Positions 1 to 14,656 of a stretch of DNA of 64,000 nucleotides are shown here, in pieces; the stretch's first letter is position 1, and each line of letters begins with the position of its first letter. The notes below the pieces were generated by a model. That model made no database searches and had not been told where the DNA came from. It was given only the letters and a program-made list of their open reading frames with translations. A program made the translations under genes and the position numbers. This DNA comes from Octopus sinensis (lineage: Eukaryota), in contig NC_043011.1 of assembly GCF_006345805.1 (NCBI RefSeq), forward strand, positions 59,904,464-59,968,463, read 5' to 3'.

Positions 1-443
1 GGTATAAATACAAAACAATATTGAAATGAAAATACATCAGTATGCAATTTTATAAAAATTTACAGCTTGTAAACCAAGCAAATACTCTGGGATTAGAGAC
101 AGCACTATTTTACCTCTCTGAAGCGAAAATATAGAATAATTAAAACTTCAGTGTTAATTAATAATTGAGCATATAATTAAGGAACTGTATGAAATATTAA
201 TAAGTTTTTATTTTAATTTCAATTGCTACAATTACAATCAAACTCAAAACTTAATTTAGAATATAAGTTAATTGTTGTACACAAAATTCTCGGTACACCA
301 AGGAAGAATTATGAATGTTTTAATTAATTTTGAATACCAGATATTTATTACCTGTTTGGGCCAAAAAGTTATTCAGAATTTCTATTCTGATTGGTTACAA
401 CTAAAAATTTACTTAGCTTTGTGTACTTAAAAATGGCTGTAAC

Positions 444-560
<117 letters not shown>

Positions 561-675
561 GACAGAGAAAAGGAGCGAAAGAGAGTCAAGAGGTGTGAGA
601 TCCTGAGATGTTTAGTATAGAAAACACTTAGTAGTGCTCAAATAATTTGAACATACACATCAAAGTCTTATTGAC

Positions 676-762
<87 letters not shown>

Positions 763-2034
763 TATAAATATATGCATACATGCAATGTTCTGCACCTACA
801 GACCTACCCAGAATCTAATGAAAATTAAAATGGAAACAGCTCCGTGCAATCAGCATTCCAGATACCTAAATAGCAGACAATATATGTTGCACAAAGGTAT
901 AGCATTTGATTACTTTTTTTTTTAATTATAACTTATATATCTATAAATTTGATATCCATTTTATCGTATCTATGTCAGTCCCTGTGAATTAACTGCAAAA
1001 GGAAAGGTGACACTAATGAACAAAGAGAAAGCTAGCAAACTATTCAGATCACGAAAAATTATTATTTTCCTAATTTAGGAAATAAACAATAAGAATAAGA
1101 CGTTTGAATAGATATATAATTAGAAAGTTCTATGTAATTTTCTTTACTTATATAGAATAAAGATATGGGGAAATATTTCCAAAATGTAGGGGGAAAAAAA
1201 AAATCATTTTATTTTGTGCTTTGAAAATGTAATTATTTTTGTTCCAATTTTCTTTTTTAACTGCTTTTTTTTGTCTTGTGAATAATTTTGCTTTTAAAAA
1301 TGCCAACAAATTTTAGAGATAGCACAAGTCATGAAACCAAATATGATTAACCCAGTTCTTCAAATAATACGCAAAGAGATAAGGAATAAAAACAATATCA
1401 ACATGAAAACTGAAAATTCCTCAGAAATTGCTAATAAATCCAATTAAAGCATTTCTAGCTCCATTGCAGTTATGAATTTAATGCTATTCTGATTCCTTAG
1501 AAAAGGATGGTTTTTTTTATATTTTCATTTAAGAATCCACTTACAATCTGATTATATAAAACATTATTAAGCATTTAAAAGGTGGTATCTGAATTGCCAA
1601 CTTTGAAGAATGCTCTGAAGATAAAATATTTATGGGGATAATTTATTTCCAAAGATACCAATAAAAGAAGAATTATTCTTCCACAAAAAACTGTCACCTG
1701 TCATTAGTACCTGAAGCATACTCAATCCATATTACTGTTACATTTCAAAACAACTACATATTCACGTATTCTGTACCAACACAGGACAAATATGAGCAAA
1801 CAATGATGCCTCTAGGTTATCACTTATCCTATTAAAAAAAAAAATCAACCAAATCTTCTTGAAATTTAGTATTTATACTAAGTATTTATACCTTTAGTAT
1901 TTATACCAGCCATATCAGCTACAAATATTCTACATGTTTTATGTTCAAACTGACCAGATTGGACCTCTCACACCTACCCTACAATGTCATTCTAAAAATA
2001 TACAACCACATCACTGAAATCTCAAAGCTACTGC

Positions 2035-2426
2035 GAGGTAAGTAGCTTGCTTGCCAACGACATGGTTCCGGGTTCAGTCCCACTGCGTGGCACCTTGGGC
2101 ATGTGTCTTCTGCTATAGCTAAGGGCTGACCAAAGCCTTGTGAGTAGACTTGATACATGGAAACTGAAAGAAGCCCATTGTATATATGTGTGTGTGTATG
2201 TGTGTGTGTGTGTGAGTGTTTGTATGTCTGTGTTTGTCCCTCCCCATCACTTGACAACCGATGCTGGTGTGTTTACATCCCTGTAACTTAGCAGTTTGGC
2301 AAAAGAGACCAATAGAATAAATACTAGGCTTACAAAGAATAAGTCCTGGGGTCGATTTGTTTAACTAAAGGTGGTGCCCCCGCATGGCCACAGTCAAATG
2401 ACTGAAACAAATAAAAGAATAAAAGA
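2035..2426 (+). mobile_element. SINE family A inserted into a TTAA MITE (further family A copies about 3722-4130 -, 13164-13323 +, 19525-20115 -, 29280-29640 +, 30590-31430 +, 48398-48776 +)
   Basis: Same head, body and tail as 10941-11360; MITE halves at about 1890-2034 and 2427-2495. Confidence 0.8.
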
Positions 2427-4852
2427 TTGACTAATTCAACCTGATTCGAATGAGTAAGCAATATGTTTGACAGAGTAATCTGATTCTAAAGGTTAAATAA
2501 GAAAATGACACATTTGTCAGGGTGGTCATGGATGAGGTGTCTTTGATCATATGTATGCTTCTTTCAGGATGGCTCGAGAAGCCAAACATTAACAGCAGCA
2601 GACTGTCATTTAAAATACTTGTCATTTATTTTAACTTAATTAATTACAATATACTTTTAGCAAATCCTGTTTGATTATCCAAAATTTTGCCCCTGGAGAA
2701 TGAAGGCGAGAAATTGAAGCTCATTACTATTGTTTATACTTAAACTGACCAGCAACTCACAGTTGGAAACAAGTTAAGCAGAGTAACATCCACTCACTCA
2801 TTCATGTATCTGAAACGAAACCAAAACAAGACATATCCAACACTCTTGTCTAATTGTTGCTGAAATGCATAATGCAGTTACTACACAAACATTTATAGCT
2901 GCACATAACTAAGATATACGTATATACATATATATACAAAGAGAGAGAGAGAATTAAATGTGAGTCAAATACATACATACATAGGCATACATAAAGAGAT
3001 AAATACACACACATCCAAACAGAGATTCATAAATAAGAGACAATTAATTTTCCAAACCTCCACTAATGAATCTAAAACATATGCATGGGTATTTTTAATG
3101 AGGCGACAGCTTTTGGCAGTTAATTATTACAGATTCATGTTATATACACCACGCCCTCCAAAACACACAAAGAAAATATATATAAGAATCCTGAATTCAA
3201 TGACCCCTATATTCTATTGACTTTTGCACAGTGTTCTCTGCATTGAATATCAAGGAATTGATTTGAAATATTCACTCTCATAACGTATCTGAATGTATTT
3301 CAGTAAATTAGGTAAAATTGATTAAATAATTAGTTCCACACACACACAAGGTCTTATATGCATAAAATGAATATAGCTAATTAGATCAATTACTATTTCA
3401 CTACTCAATCATGACTTCATTTTATCAATTGTGTAAGAATGGAGAGCTATCAAACACTAACAATTTTGTCAGTCCAGCACATCGGACCCCACTTTGTCAC
3501 TTGTTTCATACACTGGCACAAAAGGCCTTAAATTTAACGAGATGAGAATACATATTTATATTGACCCTAGCACAAGACCTTAAATTTAAGGGGGGAGTAT
3601 GGACATTTATATTGACCTCACTACTTGATTAGTTGATCCAGTGAAGATAGACAACTAAACAAATATCACAAGGTCTTTGTCCATTGCTCCACCGATTATG
3701 TCAATCTAATATATATTATATCTTATCTTTGACTTGTTTCAGTCACTTGGCTGTGGCAATGCTGGAGCACTGCCTTGAAGGGTTTCTAAGTGAAGCAAAT
3801 CAACCCTAGGACTTCTGTTTTTAAGCCTAGTACTTATTCTATTGGTCTCTTTTACTGAACTGCTAAGTTATGGGGAAGTAAACACACCAACACCACCAGT
3901 AATCAAGCAGTGGTGGAGGACAAACATAGACACAAAGATATACACACAAACACACACACAAACACATGCACAATGGGGTTCTTTCAGTTTTTGTCTACCA
4001 AGTTCATTCACAAGGCTTTGGTCAGCTCAAGGCAATAGAAGAAGACACCTATTCAAGATACCATGCTGTGGGACTGAACCCAGAACCATGTGGGTGTGAA
4101 GCAAACTTCTTACCACACAGCCACACATGTGTTTCCATTGTTGATTTCTCACATAAAAAGTAGACTTCTAATATGGAAGTGCAGAACATTACCATTTAGA
4201 TTAAATTCTGCCCCCATCAGAGTTCAACTGGTCCTTTATTACATCAGCCACACCCCATGGCCACCTTCCATCAAGGAATGACAGACAAAATCGTTTCAGG
4301 GAGTTTAGAATTCAGAACAAACTAAATATTGTTAAACATACTACTCCAGCTCTTAACTATTTCTTTATCATTTTCTTTCTTTCCCCTTGCACACAATGCA
4401 CCCACCCTACCCACCCCTCCTCCATCAGTCATGCTCTGTGGGAGCAGAGATAGTTGAGCTTGCATGGGATTTGAACTCAGAATGTAAAGGGGCCATAACT
4501 GAACACTTTAAAATATTTTGTTTGTTGTAACATATCTGTAAATTCAATACTAATTATAATTAGTATGTTAATTTGCTAATAGTTAACAGGAGGAATCAAT
4601 ATAGCAGAGTTTGAAATAAAGTGAAATTAAAGGAGTTTGCCATAAATCTATGGTATGGGGGTGGGGTGGTGGTGCCGGCTGTTTCATTATTTATAGGTAA
4701 GATATAATTATATATAAATAAGAAATAGACATCTTGGTCAATACACCTTGGCCAGATCTTCACATTTTAAAATTCTCTCAAATTTTTATTGCTTTGAAAG
4801 CTCTGGAGTCAAGATTGTAAGAATTACTAGTTGCTATTGTTGTTGTTCTTGT

Positions 4853-5078
4853 TTAACTCTTTAGCATTTAACTGGCCATATTCAGCTAAAATATGCCCTG
4901 TCTTATGTTCAGACTGGCCAGATCCAACCTCTTACACCTATCCTACAATGTTAGACAAAAAATACACAGTCACTTAACTGAAATCTCAAAGCTACAAGAT
5001 TATGCAGGATAAATTCAAAACAATGTGAATGAATATCCAATGTGAATTGGATATAATAATCTGAATGCTAAAGAGTTG
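4853..5078. mobile_element. TTAA-flanked piggyBac-like MITE (related copies about 1890-2495 and 54930-55340, both split by SINEs, and about 17000-17200)
   Basis: ttaactctttagcatt ... ctgaatgctaaagagtt ends; shared internal ccagat..cacacctaccctacaatgtcattctaaaaat. Confidence 0.55.
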
Positions 5079-8000
5079 TCCTTGGGTCAATCCTGACCAA
5101 AGACATTCAAGCCATGACTGTCACTCAGTTAGTGGTAGAGAGCAAAGTATGTAACTTGAAACAGATTTGGCTGCTATTTCTAGCATGCTGCATAGCTCTG
5201 TGGAGACATCCATTGGCTTTCCATAAGAATTGATTTCTGAATTTGGTGGAGCGAGTGAGCAAGAAGGAGATGAGTGAAAGAGAGAGAGGGAGTTCTGGCT
5301 ACATTTCATTGGCAGATGTTTTGACAAATTGTCAGCCTTGTTCACTTGGGAATTGTTTGTGCCACTCTCAATAATTCAATGGATATCAGTTTCTGTACAG
5401 CTGTAAACAACAGGCTATAATTAGCTTATGTAACATCCGATTTCATAATTTAGCCAATAATATTGAATGATTTGAATAAGGAGAAATATTGTGAAAATCT
5501 AATAATATCGGTGTGGCAGTATGGTTATGAAGTTGAGGCAGGATTTTATGGTTGGATGCACTTCCTGTTGCTAACCCTCACCTATTTTACATATAAGGTA
5601 TTTTTGTTTTATATATGTTCCACAGTTCTTTAAAAGTACAGAGTGACCAGTCATAATGTCAACAGGGAATGCCAACATTACTGCTGCATCACGCAAATGA
5701 TAACAAGTGAAATATCAACATTGACACACACACACACACACACACACACATCATGAAGAAAGAAATGTATAGAGATGCAAATGAGATACCAAGATTACAA
5801 GATGGAACAAAAGTTTTATAGTGAAGTTTGACATTTCTTTGGTTCCAATTTAATGGTTTGTGTAAATGGCTTTCAATCAGGGTCCCTTTGACCCTTGGGG
5901 ATCCATATAATGATTTTTTTTGTTAAAATTTATGTGTAAGAAATTAATTATAGACTTCTACAATACATCAAATATCTTGAACAATTTTTTTATACAAATC
6001 CTAATAATATTTAATTCTAAAAATATAATGGAATTTTTGAGACATTGGCCCTGAGGCTCCATCTGAGTAAAATAAGAATCAAAGGAGTTCATCAGTAAAA
6101 AATTGTCAGGAATCACTGGTTTATACCAATTCTTCAGGATGAAATAGAATGGACCTAAAGACATTTTTTAAAATTATAAAATGGAGTGAAGAGGAGCCAA
6201 GGTTAAAAAAATGAAGTTATTTGCTTTATTATCTATAAATAGAAATATATATTTTTTTATTTTACTGCTTCCAGTAACTGTATTGTAGCCATGCTGGGAT
6301 ACAACCTTCAAGTATTAATTTTTTTTTTCTTGGTAATCTCATTTAAGCACTGCGGATTATGTCGTCATGAGTTCAATCTCTCTGAAAGTATTGTATAGAC
6401 ATATTGCTTAAGGCATATAAGTATTCAACTATTATTGCCTAAAATTTCCTACATTAATAGGAGCTGAAACCCTGCTACACATATTTACCTATTACTAATT
6501 AATTAAGGGTTTTTATTAGTATTTTTACCTGAGTAGTTTTCTCAAGAAGCAATAATTTACTTATATAATAGTTTCCTAGCAGGAAAGTATTTAAAATATT
6601 AAGAAGGATATATTAAAGAAGAAACAGTCATTTTACAAAGGTTTCACAATTTAGAAAGTAAAAGAAAAAAAGTGAAAACTTCAATTAACTATATAAAAAA
6701 AAAAGCCAGATCACTTTTGATAATAAAGATTTAACATAGCAAAATAGCATTTTCTTTGAATGGGTGAAAATACACATAAAATTTTGATTTTATAAATTTA
6801 TAATCATGAAGTTGATAAGATTTGAAACTGAAGAATATTGATTGGAATAGCATGAAGTAGCTGCAAAGAAGCAACAAAGAAATGCAAGCAATTCTGTAAA
6901 GAAAAGAGTTTAGGATGAAAATATGATTGTCATGTGTTAGGTTTGAGTTTGTTGTTTTTATGGCTTAGCCAGAGGAGGATGGGAGAGCCTAACCCCACCT
7001 TTTTTACTGTTTTGTAGGGTCTACCACGAGAAACCCTAACTCAAGGCTTTTCCTCAGAGTGAAAACCTGGTTTGAATACTCGCCACAAAATGGGCTCTAC
7101 TAAAGGTGCCAAAGAACCAGACAATGGGATGAATCAGATCTACCCCGCAGGAGTAGGTGCAGTCCATTTAATGGACTTCTTTTCAGTTCTCTGTCTCCCC
7201 AATTTCATCCACAAGTTTGGGTTGACCTGACGCTATGGCAAAACATAGTAACCCTAGGAACTGTGCAATGGAATCAAACTGATAATCATGTGATTCCAAA
7301 ATAAGTTTGTTAACCACAAGACTATATTCTTGCACTACGTGTTAAACTGGACAAAATTGAAAGGCATGGTGTAGAGAAACAGTGAAAATAGAGATGGTTA
7401 TACAGGTAGAACGATGGTGACGACACGTAGTGAAGAAAAACAGGTTAACTTCTTCACACACAAAAGGGTATTGTTTACTCATATACAAGATCAAGGCATT
7501 TATGTTTTTCATATTTGAAGAATATTTTCTTATGTTATACAAATCAGGACACTCATAACTTGGCAAATGGATTCTTAACATTGGAACAACAGTTCTGGTC
7601 TTAATTTTGTAAATTTCAATGCAGTATCTATAAGTCTTTTGGTCTTGAGAATTCTTACAGATTTTTGGAGTACCTACAGAGTAACAATGATTTCTTCATT
7701 TAAATCTTGTGACAAATTCTACAGAGCTTATGGGTAATGTAGATTGATTCAGAGGGAATGATATAATTTCATTAGAAAAGTAAAGACAAACGACTTTGTG
7801 CTAAAAAAAAAAAAATGAAGATAAAAGCAATATATGTAGGTTATCGGAAATAAAACTCATCTCTAACTTTAATTTTGAGATTTGTTGGAAAGAATTAAGC
7901 TGCAAAATTGATATTTTGCGATGGGGAAAAAAGAAAATAGAAAAAAAAAATGGAATGGCAGAAAATCTTTTAGCGTTTTTCAAAAAAATTTTCAGTTCAG

Positions 8001-8132
8001 AATATGTTGACTAAAAATAACTTGATTGCATGTTAATATTATTTCTTTATCATAAAATTAATGGGGAGAAAATATAACAAAAAAAATATTAAGTTGATTA
8101 CTTTTATGAAATGAAAGTGAGTTATTCCTTGA

Positions 8133-8628
<496 letters not shown>

Positions 8629-9134
8629 TATATGGAAAAACTACATTTTGGATGTTAGAAAGAGAAAGTTGTAACAAATTTTAGGAAAGATATTGAAAAT
8701 CAAATTTCCCATAACATTAAGACATCTTTTTATAGATTATTTTTTTTTTCGTAAATATATTAGTAAGAGTAATGCCATGAAGAAATGATCTAAAAAATAA
8801 TGCGATGACTGTAAAACATCAACTTGTCAATAGAGAATGTTTGGATAGCTGTATGAATATCAGTCAAAATATGGCCAAGATATATGAAAAACATTTTATG
8901 TGTATGTATTTAAAAAAAATACTATTGCTTGCACTTAAAATATGAAAAGAATATTCTTAAATATTTCTTTGGGAGAAAATGAAATTCACACATATGTATG
9001 CAGTTCTTATGTTAATATATTTGATTATAGATGCATAGACACATACTTAGATGTCTCTATATTTATTATTAAATACAAATATGTAGGAAATGATTGAGAC
9101 CTATTAAGTTTAACTAAAAGTTCTACATTATATA

Positions 9135-9176
<42 letters not shown>

Positions 9177-9767
9177 TATATATATATAAATGTAACAGGA
9201 AAATAGTGAAAGTATTCACAGCTTTATGTAGTACCAACTGTCAGCTCAGTGAGTGGTTTGATGGTTCAAATTTAGAATGAAATAAATCTGATAATATAGC
9301 TGCATATAAATTGTTGAGTAGTACTGCCTTAAGGGGCATGGACACACTAGGCAGTTCAGTTGCCTGGGAGCACCACAAATGTCGGGACCTGATGCTAATC
9401 TCTCTCTCTATATATATATGTATGGAGCCCCAGTCTGTTGCTTTGCCTGAGGGCCTACAATGCATTTTTAAGATAGCAAGGACGATGAGCACTAAAAACA
9501 AATTAGCTTGCTGATATTGCAACTTAAATGTTGGGATTAAAATCGTCAATGAAAATAGTTATGAAGTATTATTTATTTATAAACAGACTGAATAATGACT
9601 AAAAGCAATATGTATCACCGAGTTTCCTTACTGGGATTAAAAATGCCATATTTGAATTACAGAGATTAATATAATGTTTGTTATCTCCTCATTGTCAAAA
9701 CAAGGAAAAAAACAAATCTTATACAATAATAAATCAATTTCTTCATTGGTGAATAAAAATATAGCTT

Positions 9768-9830
9768 TATGTGTGTGTGTGTGTGTGTGTGTGTGAGAAT
9801 ATATATATATATATATATACATACATACAC

Positions 9831-9861
<31 letters not shown>

Positions 9862-10031
9862 CATACACACACATACAAGTAATATATATATATATGTATA
9901 TATATATATAGATATATATATATATATATATACACACACATTCATGTATTATATATATCTATTCATACACACACACACATATATGTATTCATACATACAT
10001 ACACACACATATATGTATACGTATGTATATT

Positions 10032-10090
<59 letters not shown>

Positions 10091-10100
10091 TTATATATAA
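9768..10100. repeat. (TG)n/(TA)n/(TACA)n microsatellite block in the probable DGK 3' UTR
   Basis: Direct reading; about 0.6 kb downstream of the stop codon on the minus strand. Confidence 0.85.
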
Positions 10101-10677
10101 TAAACTGAAATATCTTGTAGAAAGATCATACAAGAAAAACATACTAAATGGTTCTGTCAAAATGTGTATAATGAGAGTTTAATTTTGAAGGCTTTTGACA
10201 TCACAGACTCATGGCATATTACTAAAGGTTGGGGGGGGGGGAAGAAACAGAATGATGATAGTTGTTTGTTTAGCTCAGCATTAAATAGGGAATAATGCCA
10301 GAAACTGGTCTTGGATTATTTTTCTGTGAAAAAGCTCGTAGGTTTAGAGTAGCACTTTCCTTATTCACCAATCAGCAATTGCAATGAGTTGCATGTATTG
10401 TATATATATATATATATATCTATAAGAATGGTATGTCACACCATTGTTATCGTGTAGCCAGTAGATTATCGTAATTATATCAACAGCAAGTGACCAGCAG
10501 CTTACCTAATGTCAGCTGATTCTAACCATCAGAGTCACAGAGAGAAAGAGAGAGAGACGGAACAAGAGAGTGAGAGAGAGAGAGAGAGTGAATATGTATT
10601 TGTTAATTTGATAATGGTTTTTTACAGCTTCTCTCTGTGTAAGAACAAAACCATACCAGCCACAAATGTTTACATTT

Positions 10678-10730
10678 CTAAACGGCAGTTTCTTGGTCTT
10701 CAGAAACCACGAGCTGGAAATGCTCTTTAC
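10678..10730 (-). CDS. DGKZ: DGK terminal coding exon: KEHFQLVVSEDQETAV* (PDZ-binding tail)
   Basis: Acceptor cttgtttttacAG, TAG stop at 10680-10678; the last 7 residues match the human DGKZ C-terminus I recall (EDQETAV). Confidence 0.95.
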
Positions 10731-10940
10731 CTGTAAAAACAAGCAGGGAAGAAAGTAATTAGAATTCAATAAAATAATTATTAAAAAACGAAATAAGCAA
10801 GGTAGAATATCAGAAACGTTTTGAGAAAAAGTGTAGAAGTGATTATGTGAATGAATCCAATTCCTTGTTTAAACTTAGAATGCAGACCCCATGATGTGGG
10901 ATGGGAAAACAATGCAGAATTTGAAACCAGAATGTAAGAA

Positions 10941-11360
10941 AGGCGCAGGAGTGGCTGTGTGGTAAGTAGCTTGCTAACCAACCACATGGTTCCGGGTTCA
11001 GTCCCACTGCGTGGCATCTTAGGCAAGTGTCTTCTGCTATAGCCCCGGGCCAACCAATGCCTTGTGAGTGGATTTGGTAGACGGAAACTGAAAGAAGCCT
11101 GTCGTATATATGTATATATATGTATGTATGTGTTTGTGTGTGTGTTTGTGTGTCTGTGTTTGTCCCCCTAGCATTGCTTGACACCGATGCTGGTGTGTTT
11201 ACGTCCCCGTCACTTAGCGGTTCGGCAAAAAGAGACCGATAGAATAAGTACTGGGCTTACAAAGAATAAGTCCGGGGTCGATTTGCTCGACTAAAGGCGG
11301 TGCTCCAGCATGGCCGCAGTCAAATGACAGAAACAAGTAAAAGAGTAAAGAGTAAAGAGA
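10941..11360 (+). mobile_element. tRNA-derived SINE family A, young full-length copy
   Basis: A-box tggctgtgtgg, B-box ggttcagtccc, CORE-like tcttaggcaagtg, internal (TA/TG)n, (gagtaaa)n tail. Confidence 0.85.
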
Positions 11361-12959
11361 GTATAGCAAAACTAATACTACACAATAATTTTGACAGGTG
11401 CTCTGATAATTCTCTCCACTCATATATTGCACGAACTAATCGTGCACAGTTTACATGCAAACAATTAGCAGATGCAAGTGGTAGCAGTTAAAAGCTCCAC
11501 ACATCAGGCACTGGTAAGTTTAAGCGATCATCAGGCAATAATGTGCACCATTGCAGGTCTTTAGTCTTGACGGCTCAACTTGCATGGGGCCCTACCTCAT
11601 TAAAGTGAGGTCCTACTTTCTAGATCAACCAGCTCACAGCCTTGGCTCAATGTTGTTTTAACTATTTACTATTTCTTTTTAGCCAAATCCAGCTGCTTGC
11701 CTCCTCAACTGTGGCTTAAAATAATTAAAGAAGAGATATCTCCTAATATAATAATGAGCATAGTGTCTTTTGTGTGTATGTGTACATATATATATATGAT
11801 ATTTATTCAGAATCACATTGGATGCAGAGGAGGAAAGAAAACAGTAATTCAGTGAAGGAGAAGTAGTGAGAGTAATAACCCTGAGAGGGAGTGAGAGAAA
11901 GTAATAGCAAGAGAGAAAAAAATGGGGTGATAGATAAATAAGGAAGGAAGGGATGAAAAAATCAGCGTTTCAACTCTGTGTGAGTATATGTGTGCATGTG
12001 TGTGCGTGTACAAGAGAAGTATGTGAATGTTTGTATGTGTGATTATTATGTACCTTATTTTGTACCCTTTTATAAATAAAATACTACAATTAGCTATCAT
12101 TATCGATGGCATGTGGTCAGCTAGTGGTTAATAAAATTTATAGCCTTTGGACTATTAACCTCATCCTTGAAGATAAAAAATTTATTTTCTTAAAACAACT
12201 ATAAAATAAATTTGTTTTCGAGAATAAATATCAACAAATACAAGTGATTGCTCTAATTGAAATTAGATTATGATTAAAGGTTCCTAGTTTGAATTCAGTC
12301 TCTTATCATTATTTATTTATCCAGGAATCAAATACCTGACCCAGACTGGAGACCAAACCAAGTGAAGAGTGGAAGCATAAATACTTTCTTTCTAAAAAAA
12401 TCTTATCTCAAAAAATGAAGTTACTTTTTGTCTGCAAAACGGGGGATCAAATAGAGGTGGGTGTTTCTGCCTAACTTTTAAGCTTAAATTTTCTTTATTG
12501 AGTTTGCCAAATACATTTTTACGCAGCTATCAGTAAATAGAATATTAAATGACATAATTTGCTTAGAAATGAGCTTATTCCATACAAGTTGTGCTTCAGA
12601 CACAACACAGTAGAAGACAACTGTCAGATATGAAATGATATGTGCATATGTTTATATATACACACACACACACATATATATATCTTATATGCTGCCATCA
12701 TCATCATCATCATGACACGTAATATCATAATATATATATATAACTAATGTATATTATATAGCTATACATATATGCATGTGTGTGTGTGTGTGTATGTGTA
12801 ACAGAATCATAAATTTAATTAAAATGCACCGTAAATAAAATTTGATATTTTTAAGAGATAAAAATACTTTACAGAAATGATTGTTATCCAAAATCAATAA
12901 ACTATATTTTTTTTATAGTTAACAATTTTTCTTCCTGAATTTTACACACACACACACAC

Positions 12960-12995
<36 letters not shown>

Positions 12996-13723
12996 TGTGT
13001 AAAGATAAGGCAATTTTGCAAAGTTAATAACATGTAAATTGGTGATACAACCAAAGGCATAACAGAAAGGTTCAATTATACTCATTTCAGTGACAGTAAT
13101 AAAAGAAAATAATAAAACAAACTCAGTTCATTGACCGAGCCAATTAGTTATACTTCAAAAATAAGATGCAGGTGTGGCTGTGTGGTAAGAAACTCGTTTC
13201 TCAACCACGTGGTTGTTGGTTCAGTCCCACTTTATGTCACCTTGGGCAAGTGTCTTCTGCTATAGCCTTAGGCTGTAGTGAGTGGATTTGGTAGATGGAA
13301 ACTGAAAGAAGCCTATCGTATATGAAACTAGAATTTTGCAAAGTTATTTTACTCACTTAGTTTTACATGTTAACATTTTGTATGGTTTTTCAAAAGTGTA
13401 AGATTTCATGGATGTGGGTATGTGTCACGAATTATGCACTCACATACACATACACATGCAGCTATGTTTGTGAGTGTGTGTATGTATAAAATACACACAT
13501 ATATATATATATGTGTGTGTGTATGTGTGTGTTTGTGAGTGCGTATGTATATATATATGCATTAAGCATCAAAATGTGAAATCATTGATGATCTGGCTAT
13601 ATCTGTGACCGTAGGAAGTTTGCCTCCCTTGTCAGTCATTAAGATAGTGCTTCAGTGGCTATCGAGTTGTTTTGACTCTTATTTCTAGCAATGCTGGTAC
13701 CAATTAGTGCTCTTTGTCATTTT

Positions 13724-14151
13724 AGGCACAGGAGTGGCTGTGTGGTAAGTAGCTTGCTTACCAACCACATGGTTCCGGGTTCAGTCCCACTGCGTGGCAT
13801 CTTGGGCAAGTGTCTTCTGCTATAGCCCCGGGCCAACCAATGCCTTGTGAGTGGATTTGGTAGACGGAAACTGAAAGAAGCCTGTCGTATATATGTGTAT
13901 ATGTATATATATGTATGTGTGTGTGTGTGTGTGTATCTGTGTTTGTCCCTCCTAGCATTGCTTGACAACCAATGCTGGTGTGTTTACGTCCCCGTCACTT
14001 AGCGGTTCGGCAAAAGAGACCGATAGAATAAGTACTGGGCTTACAAAAGAATAAGTCCCGGGGTAGATTTACTCGACTAAAGGCAGTGCTCCAGCATGGC
14101 CGCAGTCAGATGACTGAAACAAGTAAAAGAGTAAAAGAAAGAGTAAAAGAG
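13724..14151 (+). mobile_element. tRNA-derived SINE family A, young full-length copy
   Basis: Nearly identical to 10941-11360. Confidence 0.85.
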
Positions 14152-14233
14152 TTAGTGTCATGTGTATTTCTGCCTTTAGGTTGTAAAATTGTGAATTAGC
14201 CACCAGTATATTTATATATATAATATATATATA

Positions 14234-14315
14234 TACATTATATAAAAGGGCTTAGTAAAATAAATTACTTTGCCGCATACTGAATTTATTTTACTAAGCC
14301 CTTTTATATAATGTA
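14234..14315. repeat. Perfect 33-bp inverted repeat with 16-nt spacer
   Basis: tacattatataaaagggcttagtaaaataaatt (14234-14266) and its exact reverse complement (14283-14315). Confidence 0.95.
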
Positions 14316-14409
14316 ATAATTTGAATTCGCCTTGAATGGTCCCTTTGCATACTGAACACTTGGTGAAATTGATTAATAATTAATTAATTTTGCCCTCAAT
14401 TGTTGAAAT

Positions 14410-14472
<63 letters not shown>

Positions 14473-14473
14473 G

Positions 14474-14518
<45 letters not shown>

Positions 14519-14592
14519 AATAAATACACACACACAGAGTAATAGAAAAGAATTAAATTGATATTTTGAATTATGGAAATAAAAATACTTAC

Positions 14593-14656
14593 TTTTTAAA
14601 TAATTTGCCAGCTCCATGTCATCAGCCAGCAGAGCTTGCTGCCTTGGGCTTTGTCC
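14593..14656 (-). CDS. DGKZ: DGK exon: GQSPRQQALLADDMELANYLK(S)
   Basis: Acceptor tctgcttcgcAG, donor GTaagt; 64 nt, phase 0 to 1; resembles DGKZ [21 protein letters not shown]. Confidence 0.93.

Noticed and set aside
6950-7200. GC-richer island with an AGGGU/ACCCU hairpin and UACCACG loop, considered as an HDV-like ribozyme
   Set aside because: Could not assemble P1, P1.1 and a J4/2 catalytic C in the right order; more likely an unrecognised repeat fragment
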